54,779 nucleotides of DNA from Acidimicrobiales bacterium. Its GTDB lineage: Bacteria; Actinomycetota; Acidimicrobiia; Acidimicrobiales; SHLQ01. Made by a program: the position numbers and the translations under genes. The first letter of the stretch is position 1; each line of letters begins with the position of its first letter. Positions 1-8,848 of this stretch are shown here, piece by piece. The notes below the pieces were generated by a model. That model saw only the letters and a program-made list of their open reading frames with translations, was not told the origin of the DNA and did no database searches. The DNA lies in assembly GCA_051011575.1 (NCBI GenBank), contig JBPCTR010000304.1, forward strand, positions 1 to 54,779, given 5' to 3'.

Positions 1-1065
1 GCCGAGCCCCATGATCGACACGCCAGTGGTCACGAGCGCTCGAGGTCCGACTCGGCTCAGCGTGGCCTGCGCGATTCCTGAGGCGACGACGATCGCACCG
101 GCGTTCGGAAGAACGAGCAGTCCGGCCTCCAGCGGCGACCGGCCCTGTACGAGCTGGAAGAACTGAGTCATGAAGAAGAACATGACGATGCCGGAGAAGA
201 AGAGAAGCCCGAGGACGACCACCGAGCCGGTGAAGTCCTTCTCCTTGAAGAAGTGAAGCGGGAGCATCGGGTGTTCCGCGGTGAGCTCGATTCGGCCGAA
301 CGCGGCGAGCATGATCGCTGCGATCACGAATGAACCGACGATTTCGAGGGAACCCCAGCCCGCCTCGCTTCCCTGAATCACGCCGTAGACCAGCGCAGTG
401 ATGCCGACGGTTGCGGCGACTGCGCCCTTCACGTCGAGACCGATGTTTCGAGGGTCTCGTGATTCGGGAACGATGAGCTGCCCGACGAGTGCAAGACCAA
501 TCACCGGAACATGGATCCAAAAGGCCGCCGACCAGTCCCACTGATCGACGAGCCATCCGCCGATCGCCGGGCCGAGGCCGATTCCGAGACCGCCGACCGC
601 CGTCCATATCGCGATCGCCTTCGATCGTTCGTCGCGCTCGAACACGTTCGTGACGATCGAGAGTGTGGCCGGGAGTACCAGGGCGGCGCCCAGGCCCTGG
701 ACGCCGCGAGCGGCGATGAGTGCCTCGATGTTGGTGGCGAGGGCGCCGAACACGGATCCGACAGCGAAGATGACGAGTCCGACCGTCATCCAGTTACGAC
801 GTCCGTATCGGTCTCCGATCGAGCCGCCGAGCATCAACAGGCCGGCCAGGATGAGAACGTATGAGTCGAGGACCCATTGCAGTTCCGACGTCGAGGCGCC
901 GAGGTCGGTCGCGATGTTCGGGATCGCCGTGTTCATCACGGTGGTGTCGAGGAACACGATGAGTGTTCCGACCGACATCACGGCCAGGACCCACCATCTC
1001 CTTGGGTCCTTTCCTGAGCGCGCGGATAATTCCGACGCTGATTCTGGGGTGGTGGTTGTGGTCAT
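1..1065 (-). CDS. MFS transporter, DHA2 (EmrB/QacA-type) drug:H+ antiporter; C-terminal part lies outside the window
   Basis: Absent from the ORF track because it runs off the window edge. The reverse complement starts at an ATG (cat at 1063-1065) preceded by a GGAGGG RBS. It reads MTTTTTPESASELSARSGKDPRRWWVLAVMSVGTLIVFLDTTVMNTAIPNIATDLGAS...GDRYGRRN...GVQGLGAALVLPATLSIV. These are typical DHA2 N-terminal motifs, and the TM-rich frame stays open to position 1. Confidence 0.85.
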   Translation of the reverse strand, partial: MTTTTTPESASELSARSGKDPRRWWVLAVMSVGTLIVFLDTTVMNTAIPNIATDLGASTSELQWVLDSYVLILAGLLMLGGSIGDRYGRRNWMTVGLVIFAVGSVFGALATNIEALIAARGVQGLGAALVLPATLSIVTNVFERDERSKAIAIWTAVGGLGIGLGPAIGGWLVDQWDWSAAFWIHVPVIGLALVGQLIVPESRDPRNIGLDVKGAVAATVGITALVYGVIQGSEAGWGSLEIVGSFVIAAIMLAAFGRIELTAEHPMLPLHFFKEKDFTGSVVVLGLLFFSGIVMFFFMTQFFQLVQGRSPLEAGLLVLPNAGAIVVASGIAQATLSRVGPRALVTTGVSIMGLG

Positions 1066-1089
1066 GATATTCCCTCCAGGAGGAGTTTC

Positions 1090-1137
1090 GAACCGGTCGG
1101 TTCAGTTCTTTGGTAGACACATTGAACCGTATGGTAC
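1090..1137. promoter_or_regulatory. Candidate TetR operator(s) in the divergent MFS/TetR promoter region
   Basis: A perfect 14-nt palindrome GAACCGGTCGGTTC lies at 1090-1103. A related imperfect site GAACCGTATGGTAC lies at 1124-1137. Both sit in the relatively AT-rich 136-bp intergenic region between the divergent genes. Confidence 0.35.
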
Positions 1138-1201
1138 AGAAATGTCAACCTATTTTCGACCGATAGTTCCAAATTTCGATGTTTCGTGTTACGGTCGAGG
1201 T

Positions 1202-1849
1202 ATGGGAACGGCCGCAAACACCGTCGAATCAACTGCGTCGGTCGCCACCTCGACGCGTGGTCGACCCCGAGAATTCGACGACGCCGCTGTTCTCGAGTCG
1301 CTCACCGACCTTTTCTGGGCCAAGGGATTCGAGGCGACCTCCATGGCCGACATCGTCGAGGCAACCGGCCTCAACAAGTCGAGTCTCTACAACGCGTTCG
1401 GGTCAAAGGAAGCCATGTTCGGCCTGGCGGTGAATCACTACGTCGACAACCGCGCGCAGATGCTCACCGACTTTCTCGAGCACGGTGAACAAGGCCTCGA
1501 CGACGTCATGATGATGTTCGACGTGATGTGGCGCGAGGTCGAGTCCGGCGACCAGCGGGGCTGTCTTGCTGTGAACACGTCTACCGAGCTCGGCCCGACC
1601 GACGAGCGAGCCGTGGAAATCAGCACTCGATACCGAGAGACACTGCGTGGTTCGTTTCGGGCCGCATTCGGGCGAGCTGCCGACCGCGGCGAAATCGACC
1701 CAACGCAGATCGACGCGTACGCGAACATGATCACCTCGATGGTGTTCGGCATGGCCGTCGTCGTACGAGGCGGTGCCCCGAAACACGAGATCAAAGCGCA
1801 TCTCGACGCCGCCCGCAGCGTCGTCGACGGGTGGCGGGTCGCAGCCTGA
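1202..1849 (+). CDS. TetR/AcrR family transcriptional regulator
   Basis: C-terminal 215 aa of ORF 650..1849, starting from the ATG at 1202. N-terminal HTH: GRPREFDDAAVLESLTDLFWAKGFEATSMADIVEATGLNKSSLYNAFGSKEAMF. It is divergent from the MFS efflux gene. Confidence 0.9.
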   Translation: MGTAANTVESTASVATSTRGRPREFDDAAVLESLTDLFWAKGFEATSMADIVEATGLNKSSLYNAFGSKEAMFGLAVNHYVDNRAQMLTDFLEHGEQGLDDVMMMFDVMWREVESGDQRGCLAVNTSTELGPTDERAVEISTRYRETLRGSFRAAFGRAADRGEIDPTQIDAYANMITSMVFGMAVVVRGGAPKHEIKAHLDAARSVVDGWRVAA

Positions 1850-1919
1850 CCCCCAGTCGCCGCTGGAACGCTCGCTAGCATCGCCGGATGGATGTCGAAG
1901 AGCAGAGGTTCATGTTCCG

Positions 1920-2501
1920 ATGAGTGGGCACGACGACGAGCGCGCCTGGATCGAGATTGTTCCCGATGAGGAATGGGCCACGACCGCGGGCCTCGACGAA
2001 AAATACAACGACGTGGTCGACCGCACGTTCGGCCGGGTCGACAACATCATGGCGATCCATTCTCTGAATCCGGCAGGGCTCGCCGCCCACAATGCGCTGT
2101 ATCGCTCTGCCATGACCGGAACGGCGACCCTTCGAAAGGTTGAACGCGAGCTGGTGGCATTCGTGGTGTCACTCGAGAACCACTGTCACTATTGAATCGT
2201 CCACCACGGGCGCGGTCTGCGCCGGCTTCTGAAGGACGACGAGCTCTTCCAGGCGATCGAGACCGACTGGCGAGCCGCTCCGATCTCCGCAAAACGAGCT
2301 GCGATGCTCCGCTATGCCCACAAACTCACCCACTCTCCAGGCGAAATGACACGCGCCGACGTGAACTCACTACGAGAGGCCGGGTACAGCGATCGAGACG
2401 TGCTCGACATCACCGAGGTGATCGGGTACTACGCGTATGTCAATCGAATCGCTGATGCGTTGGGCGTGCGAACCGAGAGCTGGATTCCTGATGACGACTG
2501 A
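1920..2501 (+). CDS. AhpD/carboxymuconolactone-decarboxylase-like peroxidase-related protein with an in-frame TGA (2193-2195): candidate selenocysteine, alternatively a pseudogene
   Basis: ORFs 1773..2195 and 2304..2501 are in the same frame. Read through the TGA, the sequence is ...ERELVAFVVSLENHCHY[TGA]IVHHGRGLRRLLKDDELFQAIETDWRAAPISAKRAAMLRYAHKLTHSPGEM.... That is a complete ~194-aa CMD/AhpD fold with the TGA exactly where the second Cys of the CxxC motif belongs. A hairpin follows the TGA. Confidence 0.6.
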
Positions 2502-3243
2502 CTTCGACGGACGTGTGGTGGTGATCACCGGCGCGGCATCGGGCATGGGTCGGGCCACCGCGATCGAGTTCGCACGCCGTGGTGCCATGGTCGGATTGAT
2601 CGATCGAAACGCTGACGGGCTCGAGGACATCGCCACCGACATCGGCGGCAGCGCTCACGAGGGCGACGTGACCGATAGCGCGTTCTGTGCGGCCGCAGTC
2701 GATGCGCTGGCCGGCCAGCACGGTCGAGTGGACGTTCTCGTCAACGCCGCCGGCGTTATTCACCGAGCCGGTGCACTCGGTACGACCGACGACGACTGGA
2801 GGCGGGTCATGTCGGTGAACGTCGACGGGATCTTCTTCATGTGTCGAGCCGCCATCCCGCACATGATTCGCAGCGACGGCGGCGCGATCGTGAACTTCGG
2901 ATCGATCTCGGGCACGGTCGGTTCCGCGGGCGGCCTGGCCTACTGCACCTCGAAGGGTGCTGTTCACCAGCTCACGCGGGCGATGGCGATGGACCATGTC
3001 GAGCAGGGCATCCGCGTGAATGCGGTCGCCCCCGGCGAGGTGAACACCCCCATGTTGCGCTCCGAACGCGACGAACCGATGACCGCCGACGACCTCCAGG
3101 CGCTCGCCGACGCGACGATTCCGATGAAGCGACTCGCCGAGCCCGAGGAGATCGCGCGGGTCGTGGCCTTTCTCGCGTCGGACGATGCGAGCTACATGAC
3201 GGGCGAGATCGTGCACGTCGATGCCGGGTACACGGCTCGCTGA
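2491..3243 (+). CDS. SDR family oxidoreductase (short-chain dehydrogenase)
   Basis: Motifs: TGAASGMG Rossmann motif, NAAG, and the catalytic S...YCTSK tetrad region. The ATG at 2491 overlaps the upstream stop by 11 nt. Confidence 0.9.
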   Translation: MTTDFDGRVVVITGAASGMGRATAIEFARRGAMVGLIDRNADGLEDIATDIGGSAHEGDVTDSAFCAAAVDALAGQHGRVDVLVNAAGVIHRAGALGTTDDDWRRVMSVNVDGIFFMCRAAIPHMIRSDGGAIVNFGSISGTVGSAGGLAYCTSKGAVHQLTRAMAMDHVEQGIRVNAVAPGEVNTPMLRSERDEPMTADDLQALADATIPMKRLAEPEEIARVVAFLASDDASYMTGEIVHVDAGYTAR

Positions 3244-3255
3244 GGAGGAAGAGAG

Positions 3256-4164
3256 ATGTATCTCGACGGCGGGCTGAGTACGGAAGCTCGGACCTATTTC
3301 GCCTCTCTCGTCCCGAACGACGATCCAACCGATTTCGAACGCATCGACGACGCTCGGGCCGACTATGCGGCCGACTGTTTTGCTGGGTCCGAGCGGGCGA
3401 TCGACCGCCACCAGCTCGAGCTGTCGGACGTCAGCTTCGGTGGCGTGCCCTGCACCCGCGTCGTGTCGAGCCGCGGCGGAACCTCGAACGGCACGCTGTT
3501 CTATGTGTTCGGCGGAGCCTTCATCGTGGGCAGTCCCTTTGCCGACCTGCCCATCGTCGGCGCCCTCGCAGACGTGTGCCAGGTCGAGGTGATCGCACCC
3601 CACTATCGGCTTGCGCCGGAGCACCCCGCTCCCGCCGCGCTCGAGGACTGCTTCGCGGCATATCGAGCGGTCGCCGAGGGAGGAAACCAGCGGCTCCTTC
3701 TGGCTGGCGAGTCGGCCGGAGGAAACCTTGCGCTGCTCGTCGGACAGGGCGCCATCCGAGATGGACTTCGCGCGCCGTCGGCCTTGGCGCTCTTGTCACC
3801 GGCCGTCGATCTTCGAACCGATCCGTCCCTCTTCGGCTCGACCCTGCATTCCGACCCCACGTTGAGTCACACGAGGGTGCTCGACGTGAGCCGGGCCTAC
3901 GTCGGTGGTCACCATCTCGATGATTCGGCGGTCTCGCCGATCTTCGGGTCCATGGACTCGCTTCCTCCCACGGTCATTACGACCGGAACAAGGGATCTGT
4001 TTCTGGGAATGTGCCTACGGCTCGAGCGAAAAATGCGCCGGTCTGGAGTAGACGTCGAGTGCCGCGTCTGGGACGGGCTCTGGCACGTCTTCGAGTTTTA
4101 CGATGACTACCCGGAGTCCGCCGAGTCGCTGGGTGAGATCGCTGCCTTCCTGAACGCCCGGTGA
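3256..4164 (+). CDS. alpha/beta hydrolase (fold-3, esterase/lipase-like)
   Basis: GESAGGNLA nucleophile elbow (GxSxG), an FGGAF oxyanion region, and a C-terminal D...H. A GGAGGAAGAG RBS precedes the ATG. Confidence 0.85.
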   Translation: MYLDGGLSTEARTYFASLVPNDDPTDFERIDDARADYAADCFAGSERAIDRHQLELSDVSFGGVPCTRVVSSRGGTSNGTLFYVFGGAFIVGSPFADLPIVGALADVCQVEVIAPHYRLAPEHPAPAALEDCFAAYRAVAEGGNQRLLLAGESAGGNLALLVGQGAIRDGLRAPSALALLSPAVDLRTDPSLFGSTLHSDPTLSHTRVLDVSRAYVGGHHLDDSAVSPIFGSMDSLPPTVITTGTRDLFLGMCLRLERKMRRSGVDVECRVWDGLWHVFEFYDDYPESAESLGEIAAFLNAR

Positions 4165-4202
4165 CCCGTCGTATGCTCGGCGGTTGAACGAGAGGAACCA
4201 CC

Positions 4203-5030
4203 ATGAAGATCGAGAACAGTTTCACCGTCGATGCCCCGATCGATGAAGCGTGGGAGCTCCTCACCAACATTCCCGAGATCACACCATGCCTTCCCGGTGC
4301 CAAGCTCACCGACGAGAGCGAGGGCGTGTACTCGGGTGGGGTGAAGGTGAAGGTCGGCCCTGTCACCGCCGAGTACAAGGGTTCGGCTGAGTTCGTGGAG
4401 AAGGACGGCGACGCCCACAAGGCCGTCATCAAGGGCAAGGGCCGCGACACCCGTGGCGCCGGCAACGCGCAGGCGCTCATCTCGGCGCAGATGGAAGCCG
4501 TGGGCGAGCAGACCCGAGTCGACATTGTGACCGATCTGAAGGTCAGCGGGAAGGTTGCGCAGTTTGGTCGTGGCGTCATGCAGGACGTGTCCGAGAAGTT
4601 GCTCGGTCAGTTCGCCGAGTGCCTCGAGGCCAAGATCGGCGAACCGGCTGCGGTCGACGCCATCGCAGCTGCGGGTGCCGCGGCCGAGGAGCCCGCGATC
4701 CCGAACTCGACGACCACACCAACCGCAGATGCTGCAGCTGAATCCGCCCCGTCAGGCGCTGAAGTCGCCGATGACGACTCGATGTTCGACAAGGTCACGG
4801 ATGCGGTGAGCGACACCGCCGGCGCCGTCGCCGACCAGGCATCGGCAATGGGTGGCGCTGCCGGCGCCAGCGTGAGCGATCTCGCCGACTCGATGCTCGG
4901 CAGGGACGATGACGACGATGCACTCGATCTGCTCGAGGTTGCGGGTGGAGCGGTGTTCAAACGCTTCCTGCCAGTACTGATCCTGCTCGTCATTCTTCTG
5001 GTGGTCGTGATCTGGGTTCTCGCATCGTGA
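4203..5030 (+). CDS. SRPBCC/CoxG-family protein with an acidic Ala-rich linker and a C-terminal TM anchor
   Basis: The N-terminal ~145 aa (MKIENSFTVDAPIDEAWELLTNIPEITPCLPGAKL...KVSGKVAQFGRGVMQDVSEKLLGQFAECLE) look CoxG-like. This is followed by low-complexity A/D/S sequence, and the protein ends in FLPVLILLVILLVVVIWVLAS. Confidence 0.8.
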   Translation: MKIENSFTVDAPIDEAWELLTNIPEITPCLPGAKLTDESEGVYSGGVKVKVGPVTAEYKGSAEFVEKDGDAHKAVIKGKGRDTRGAGNAQALISAQMEAVGEQTRVDIVTDLKVSGKVAQFGRGVMQDVSEKLLGQFAECLEAKIGEPAAVDAIAAAGAAAEEPAIPNSTTTPTADAAAESAPSGAEVADDDSMFDKVTDAVSDTAGAVADQASAMGGAAGASVSDLADSMLGRDDDDDALDLLEVAGGAVFKRFLPVLILLVILLVVVIWVLAS

Positions 5031-5160
5031 CCCGACCGGATTTCTGACCGCTCGCCGCTGTCGATCAGGCGGTCGGCGTCGTCTTGCTGGAATGCGCATG
5101 GAAGGATGTTCGGGCTTCGATGTCCGTAGTCACGTGACGACCGGTCGGGAGGTGGGGGAA

Positions 5161-7167
5161 GTGTTGCCGTCGAGAGGGGTTCAATCGGGCCTTCGGCATG
5201 CCGTGCTGATCGCCCCGACCATTGCCGTCGCCATCGGCGTCGAGTCGGCGCGCCGAGGCGATTGGACCTTCCCGATCCCGTTTCTGTTGCTCTACGCCGC
5301 GTCGTTGCTGGGTGCCGGGCTCGGCGGTCGAGTGGTCGGCGTGATCACCGGCGTCATAGCGGCGGGCTTCGTGTTGTACGCCAGCACGGTGCCCTTCGGA
5401 CCCACCACGCTCACGGGCGGGTCGGTTCAGGTGCTCTTCGGAATCAGCCTGTACGTGGGTACCGCGGGCCTGCTCGGCACGATTCGCACGGAGCGCGATC
5501 GACTCGTCTTTGCCCAGCGACAACACGAGGAAGACCTCGAACGCCTCGTCGCAGAACGGTCGGCGCAACTGTCGGACTCCGTGAGCTCACTCCGAGCTGA
5601 GGTGGAGAGTCATCGCCGGACAGGCCGAGACCTCTTGATGGCTCAGCAGATCGTGGGGTCCTCACGCGAATTGGTCGCTGTTGTTGACAGTACGCAGCGA
5701 TTGGAGTTCGTAAATCCGCAATTCGCGAGCTACTTCGAGTTGCCCGCAGACCAGCTCGTGGGGATGCGGCTTGGCGACCTCGACGGTGCGGACGAGCTGC
5801 GGGCGGTGGCGGAATCAGGCCCATCGGAAACGCAGGATCGGGGGGAAGATGGGCCGATTGTCACGATCAAGGTACCGCGGGGTCTTCGCACCCTCGAAGT
5901 GGAGGTGATACCGCTCGTCGATGACACCGGCGTACTGGTGGCCCTCGTTCTCGACGGACGAGATGTGACCGAGCGGATCGAGGCGCAGCTCGCACGCCAA
6001 GCGGCCGATGATCAACTTCAGACAGGTCTGAAACTGCAGGCCCTTGGCGGGTTGGCCGGCGGCGTCGCGCACGAGTTCAACAACCTTCTCACCGCCATCC
6101 TCGGCTACTCCGAGCAAGCTCGCTCGCGGATCGCCAGCCGCGAGGACTCCGCTTCGATCATGCGACAACTGGACGTGGTCATCAGTTCGGGCGAACGAGC
6201 CCGGGACATCATTTCGCAGATGCTCGCCTTCAGCCGCACGGGGCGATCGGGTTCGGCTCGGCCTCTCGACGTGTCGGCGGAGGTCCGCGAGGTCATGGAG
6301 CTGACCGAGCCGGTCCTTCCGGCCACTATTCAGCTCGAGGTCGATCTCCAGACCGACCTTTCTCCTGTTGTCGCGGACCCGATTCAATTCCAACAGGCGG
6401 TGATGAACCTGGTCATCAATGCTCGGGACGCCATCGAATCCGTCGGACAAATTCGTGTTCGATCTCGGCAAACCCTGATTCATGACGAGCGCTGCTCGTC
6501 GTGTGCAGCGCCCATCGAGGGCAATTTCGTCGAGCTGGTCGTCGAAGACAGCGGCCCGGGGCTTGACCAGGCGGTCGTCGAGAAGGCGTTCGAACCGTTC
6601 TTTTCGACGAAGGACATGGGAGAGGGAACCGGGATGGGTCTGTCGATCGTTCATGGGGTCACCCACTCCCATGACGGGCACGTGCAGGTGCGCGTGGGTG
6701 GGCTGGGCGGCGCTGGTGTTCGGCTGCTTCTGCCGGTAGCGCTGAACAAAATCATCGAGCCCGCCGACCGAAGCACCGAGGATCGAGCCGTTCGAGACGA
6801 GCGTTCGGTTCGGGCCACGATCGTGGTCGTCGACGATGATGTGGCGGTCGCAGAGCTCCTCGCGTCCTATGTGCGAGACCACGACCACCAGACTCTTGTG
6901 TTCACGGATCCGGTCGAGGCCGACCGATGGATGGAGCAGAACCATGCTGGATTCGACCTCTTGCTGACCGACCAGATGATGCCCGGACTCACCGGCGTCG
7001 ACCTCGCTGCGCGCGTTCGCGAGCGCCGGCCGGCTCTTCCGGTCATCGTATGCAGTGCCACGGCGGTCGATCTCGACGACAGGGCGCAAACGTATGGCTA
7101 CCTCGCCAAGCCCACCTCGTCGGATGCGTTGATCTCCGAGGTGAATGCGCAGTTGCTCGACGAGTGA
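5161..7167 (+). CDS. Hybrid sensor histidine kinase (membrane N-terminal region, coiled coil, PAS, HisKA, HATPase_c, receiver)
   Basis: H-box GGVAHEFNNLLTAILGYSE, N/G boxes (NLVINARDA, DSGPGL, GTGMGLS), and a C-terminal REC domain (VVVDDD...LLLTDQMMPGLTG...VIVCSA). The start is uncertain: the ORF opens at 5092, and I prefer the GTG at 5161 behind GGGAGGTGGGGG. Confidence 0.85.
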   Translation: MLPSRGVQSGLRHAVLIAPTIAVAIGVESARRGDWTFPIPFLLLYAASLLGAGLGGRVVGVITGVIAAGFVLYASTVPFGPTTLTGGSVQVLFGISLYVGTAGLLGTIRTERDRLVFAQRQHEEDLERLVAERSAQLSDSVSSLRAEVESHRRTGRDLLMAQQIVGSSRELVAVVDSTQRLEFVNPQFASYFELPADQLVGMRLGDLDGADELRAVAESGPSETQDRGEDGPIVTIKVPRGLRTLEVEVIPLVDDTGVLVALVLDGRDVTERIEAQLARQAADDQLQTGLKLQALGGLAGGVAHEFNNLLTAILGYSEQARSRIASREDSASIMRQLDVVISSGERARDIISQMLAFSRTGRSGSARPLDVSAEVREVMELTEPVLPATIQLEVDLQTDLSPVVADPIQFQQAVMNLVINARDAIESVGQIRVRSRQTLIHDERCSSCAAPIEGNFVELVVEDSGPGLDQAVVEKAFEPFFSTKDMGEGTGMGLSIVHGVTHSHDGHVQVRVGGLGGAGVRLLLPVALNKIIEPADRSTEDRAVRDERSVRATIVVVDDDVAVAELLASYVRDHDHQTLVFTDPVEADRWMEQNHAGFDLLLTDQMMPGLTGVDLAARVRERRPALPVIVCSATAVDLDDRAQTYGYLAKPTSSDALISEVNAQLLDE

Positions 7168-7201
7168 GGTCAGCCGGTCGGCGCTCTCCTACGATGCCGC
7201 C

Positions 7202-8848
7202 ATGAGAACGGGTGGAGAGTTGGTGGTTGCCTGCCTCGAGGCGCAGGGTGTGCACCACACGTTCGGCGTACCGGGCGAAAGTTATCTGGCGGTTCTCGAC
7301 GCGCTTCACGACTCCGACATGGGGTTCGTCACCTGCCGACAGGAGGGCGGAGTCACCTACGCCGCCGAGGCGTGGGGCAAGCTCACCGGTGAGCCCGGCA
7401 TCGCATTTGTGACGCGCGGCCCCGGTGCCACGAACGCGTCGGTCGGCCTTCATACGGCCATGCAGGACTCAACGCCAATGATCCTCTTCGTGGGGCAGGC
7501 GAGCACGGGGCATCTCGACCGGGAGGCGTTTCAGGAGATCGACTACCGGGCATTTCTCGGACCGATCGTCAAGTGGGCAACCCAGATCGACCACGTCGAG
7601 CGGATCCCGGAGATCATCAGCCGTGCGTTCGCGACCGCGCTGTCCGGCCGGCCCGGCCCCGTGGTTGTCGCCTTGCCCGAGGACGTTCTCACGGCCTCCA
7701 CCAGCGCGTCGCCGGGACGACCGGTGCGCATCGCCGAACCTTCGCCGGCGGCGACACAGATCGACGAGATCGTCGCGTTGATCGAATGGGCCGATCGGCC
7801 GCTGCTGCTCGTGGGCGGAGGTGGATGGAAGGCCGAGGGGCGAGCCGCGCTGCAGCGAATGGCGGAAGCAAACGACCTACCGGTCGCAGTGGTCTTCCGT
7901 TACCTCGACCTCATCGACAACCATTCACCGAGCTACGTCGGTGAGGCCGGTGTCGGCATGCAGCCACATGTACGCGAGCTCATCGCCGACGCTGACCTCG
8001 TGCTCGCCGTGGGCATCCGGTTCGGCGAGATGACAACGGCGGGCTACACGCTGTTCGACATGCCAGACGCCCGGCAGACGATCGTGCATGTTCACCCTTC
8101 CGACGGCGAGCTCGGCAAGCTGGTGCAGGCGGAGGTGCCCGTCCACGCGGGACCGAACACATTCTGCGCAATACTCGCCGAGGCGAAGATCCAATCGTCG
8201 GCGACTCGAGCAGCCTTCTGTGCCTCGGCGCGGGCTGCGCGCGTAGAGGCCGCAGCTCCGCCAACCCAGCCGGGCGAGCTCGATATGGCCGAGGTGATGC
8301 GCTGGCTACAGGACGCACTTCCCGACGACGCCGTGATCACCAATGGTGCGGGCAATTTCTCGGTCTGGCCGAACAAGTTCTTCAGCTACGGGCCGCACGC
8401 GCGGATCCTCGGGCCGCAGAGCGGCTCGATGGGATATGGGCTCCCGGCGGCGATCGCGGCGAAGGTTCACGACCCCGATCGTGAGGTTGTGTGTTTCGCC
8501 GGCGACGGCGACATTCAGATGAACATCCAAGAGCTCGGGACGGCGATGCAGGCCAACGCCCAACCGATCGTGCTCGTGATCAACAACGACATGTACGGAA
8601 CGATTCGGATGCATCAGGAACGTGAGTACCCCGAACGAGTGTCGGGCACCGAGATCGTCAACCCCGACTACGTCACGCTGGCGTCCGCTTACGGCTTCCA
8701 CGCAGAGCGGATCGAACGAACCTCCGACTTCCCGGCCGCATACGAACGGGCGCGGGCATCCGAGACGGGCGCTCTGCTCGAACTGATGGTCGAGCGCACG
8801 ATGCTCACCCCGACGATGTCGATCGACGACATCCGTTCCTCGTCATGA
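7202..8848 (+). CDS. Thiamine-diphosphate-dependent enzyme (acetolactate synthase / 2-hydroxyacyl-CoA lyase-like superfamily)
   Basis: N-terminal GGELVVACLEAQGVHHTFGVPGESYLAVLDAL...TRGPGATNA, and the ThDP motif GDGDIQMNIQELGT...VINND. Substrate cannot be assigned from sequence alone. Confidence 0.85.
   Translation: MRTGGELVVACLEAQGVHHTFGVPGESYLAVLDALHDSDMGFVTCRQEGGVTYAAEAWGKLTGEPGIAFVTRGPGATNASVGLHTAMQDSTPMILFVGQASTGHLDREAFQEIDYRAFLGPIVKWATQIDHVERIPEIISRAFATALSGRPGPVVVALPEDVLTASTSASPGRPVRIAEPSPAATQIDEIVALIEWADRPLLLVGGGGWKAEGRAALQRMAEANDLPVAVVFRYLDLIDNHSPSYVGEAGVGMQPHVRELIADADLVLAVGIRFGEMTTAGYTLFDMPDARQTIVHVHPSDGELGKLVQAEVPVHAGPNTFCAILAEAKIQSSATRAAFCASARAARVEAAAPPTQPGELDMAEVMRWLQDALPDDAVITNGAGNFSVWPNKFFSYGPHARILGPQSGSMGYGLPAAIAAKVHDPDREVVCFAGDGDIQMNIQELGTAMQANAQPIVLVINNDMYGTIRMHQEREYPERVSGTEIVNPDYVTLASAYGFHAERIERTSDFPAAYERARASETGALLELMVERTMLTPTMSIDDIRSSS

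Noticed and set aside
650-1201. N-terminal two-thirds of the 399-aa ORF 650..1849, along with ORFs 511..864 and 794..1120
   Set aside because: This part is the antisense or off-frame shadow of the MFS gene on the minus strand. It is Arg/Pro-rich with no motifs. The recognisable TetR HTH starts only after the ATG at 1202, downstream of an AT-rich intergenic region.
1773-2501. Treating 1773..2195 and 2304..2501 as two independent small genes
   Set aside because: Each piece alone is an incomplete CMD/AhpD fold. They are in the same frame, and the interval between them encodes the expected conserved helix. A single gene, either Sec read-through or a pseudogene, explains the data better.
2440-3624. 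Long minus-strand ORF (394 aa) opposite the SDR and hydrolase genes. Similar long antisense ORFs are 8689..9963, 13132..14364, 14402..15619, 20079..21206, 26821..27813, 28707..29576 and 33282..34307.
   Set aside because: These are typical high-GC shadow ORFs. They are Arg/Gly/His/Pro-rich with no domain signatures, and each is fully overlapped by a motif-bearing gene on the opposite strand.
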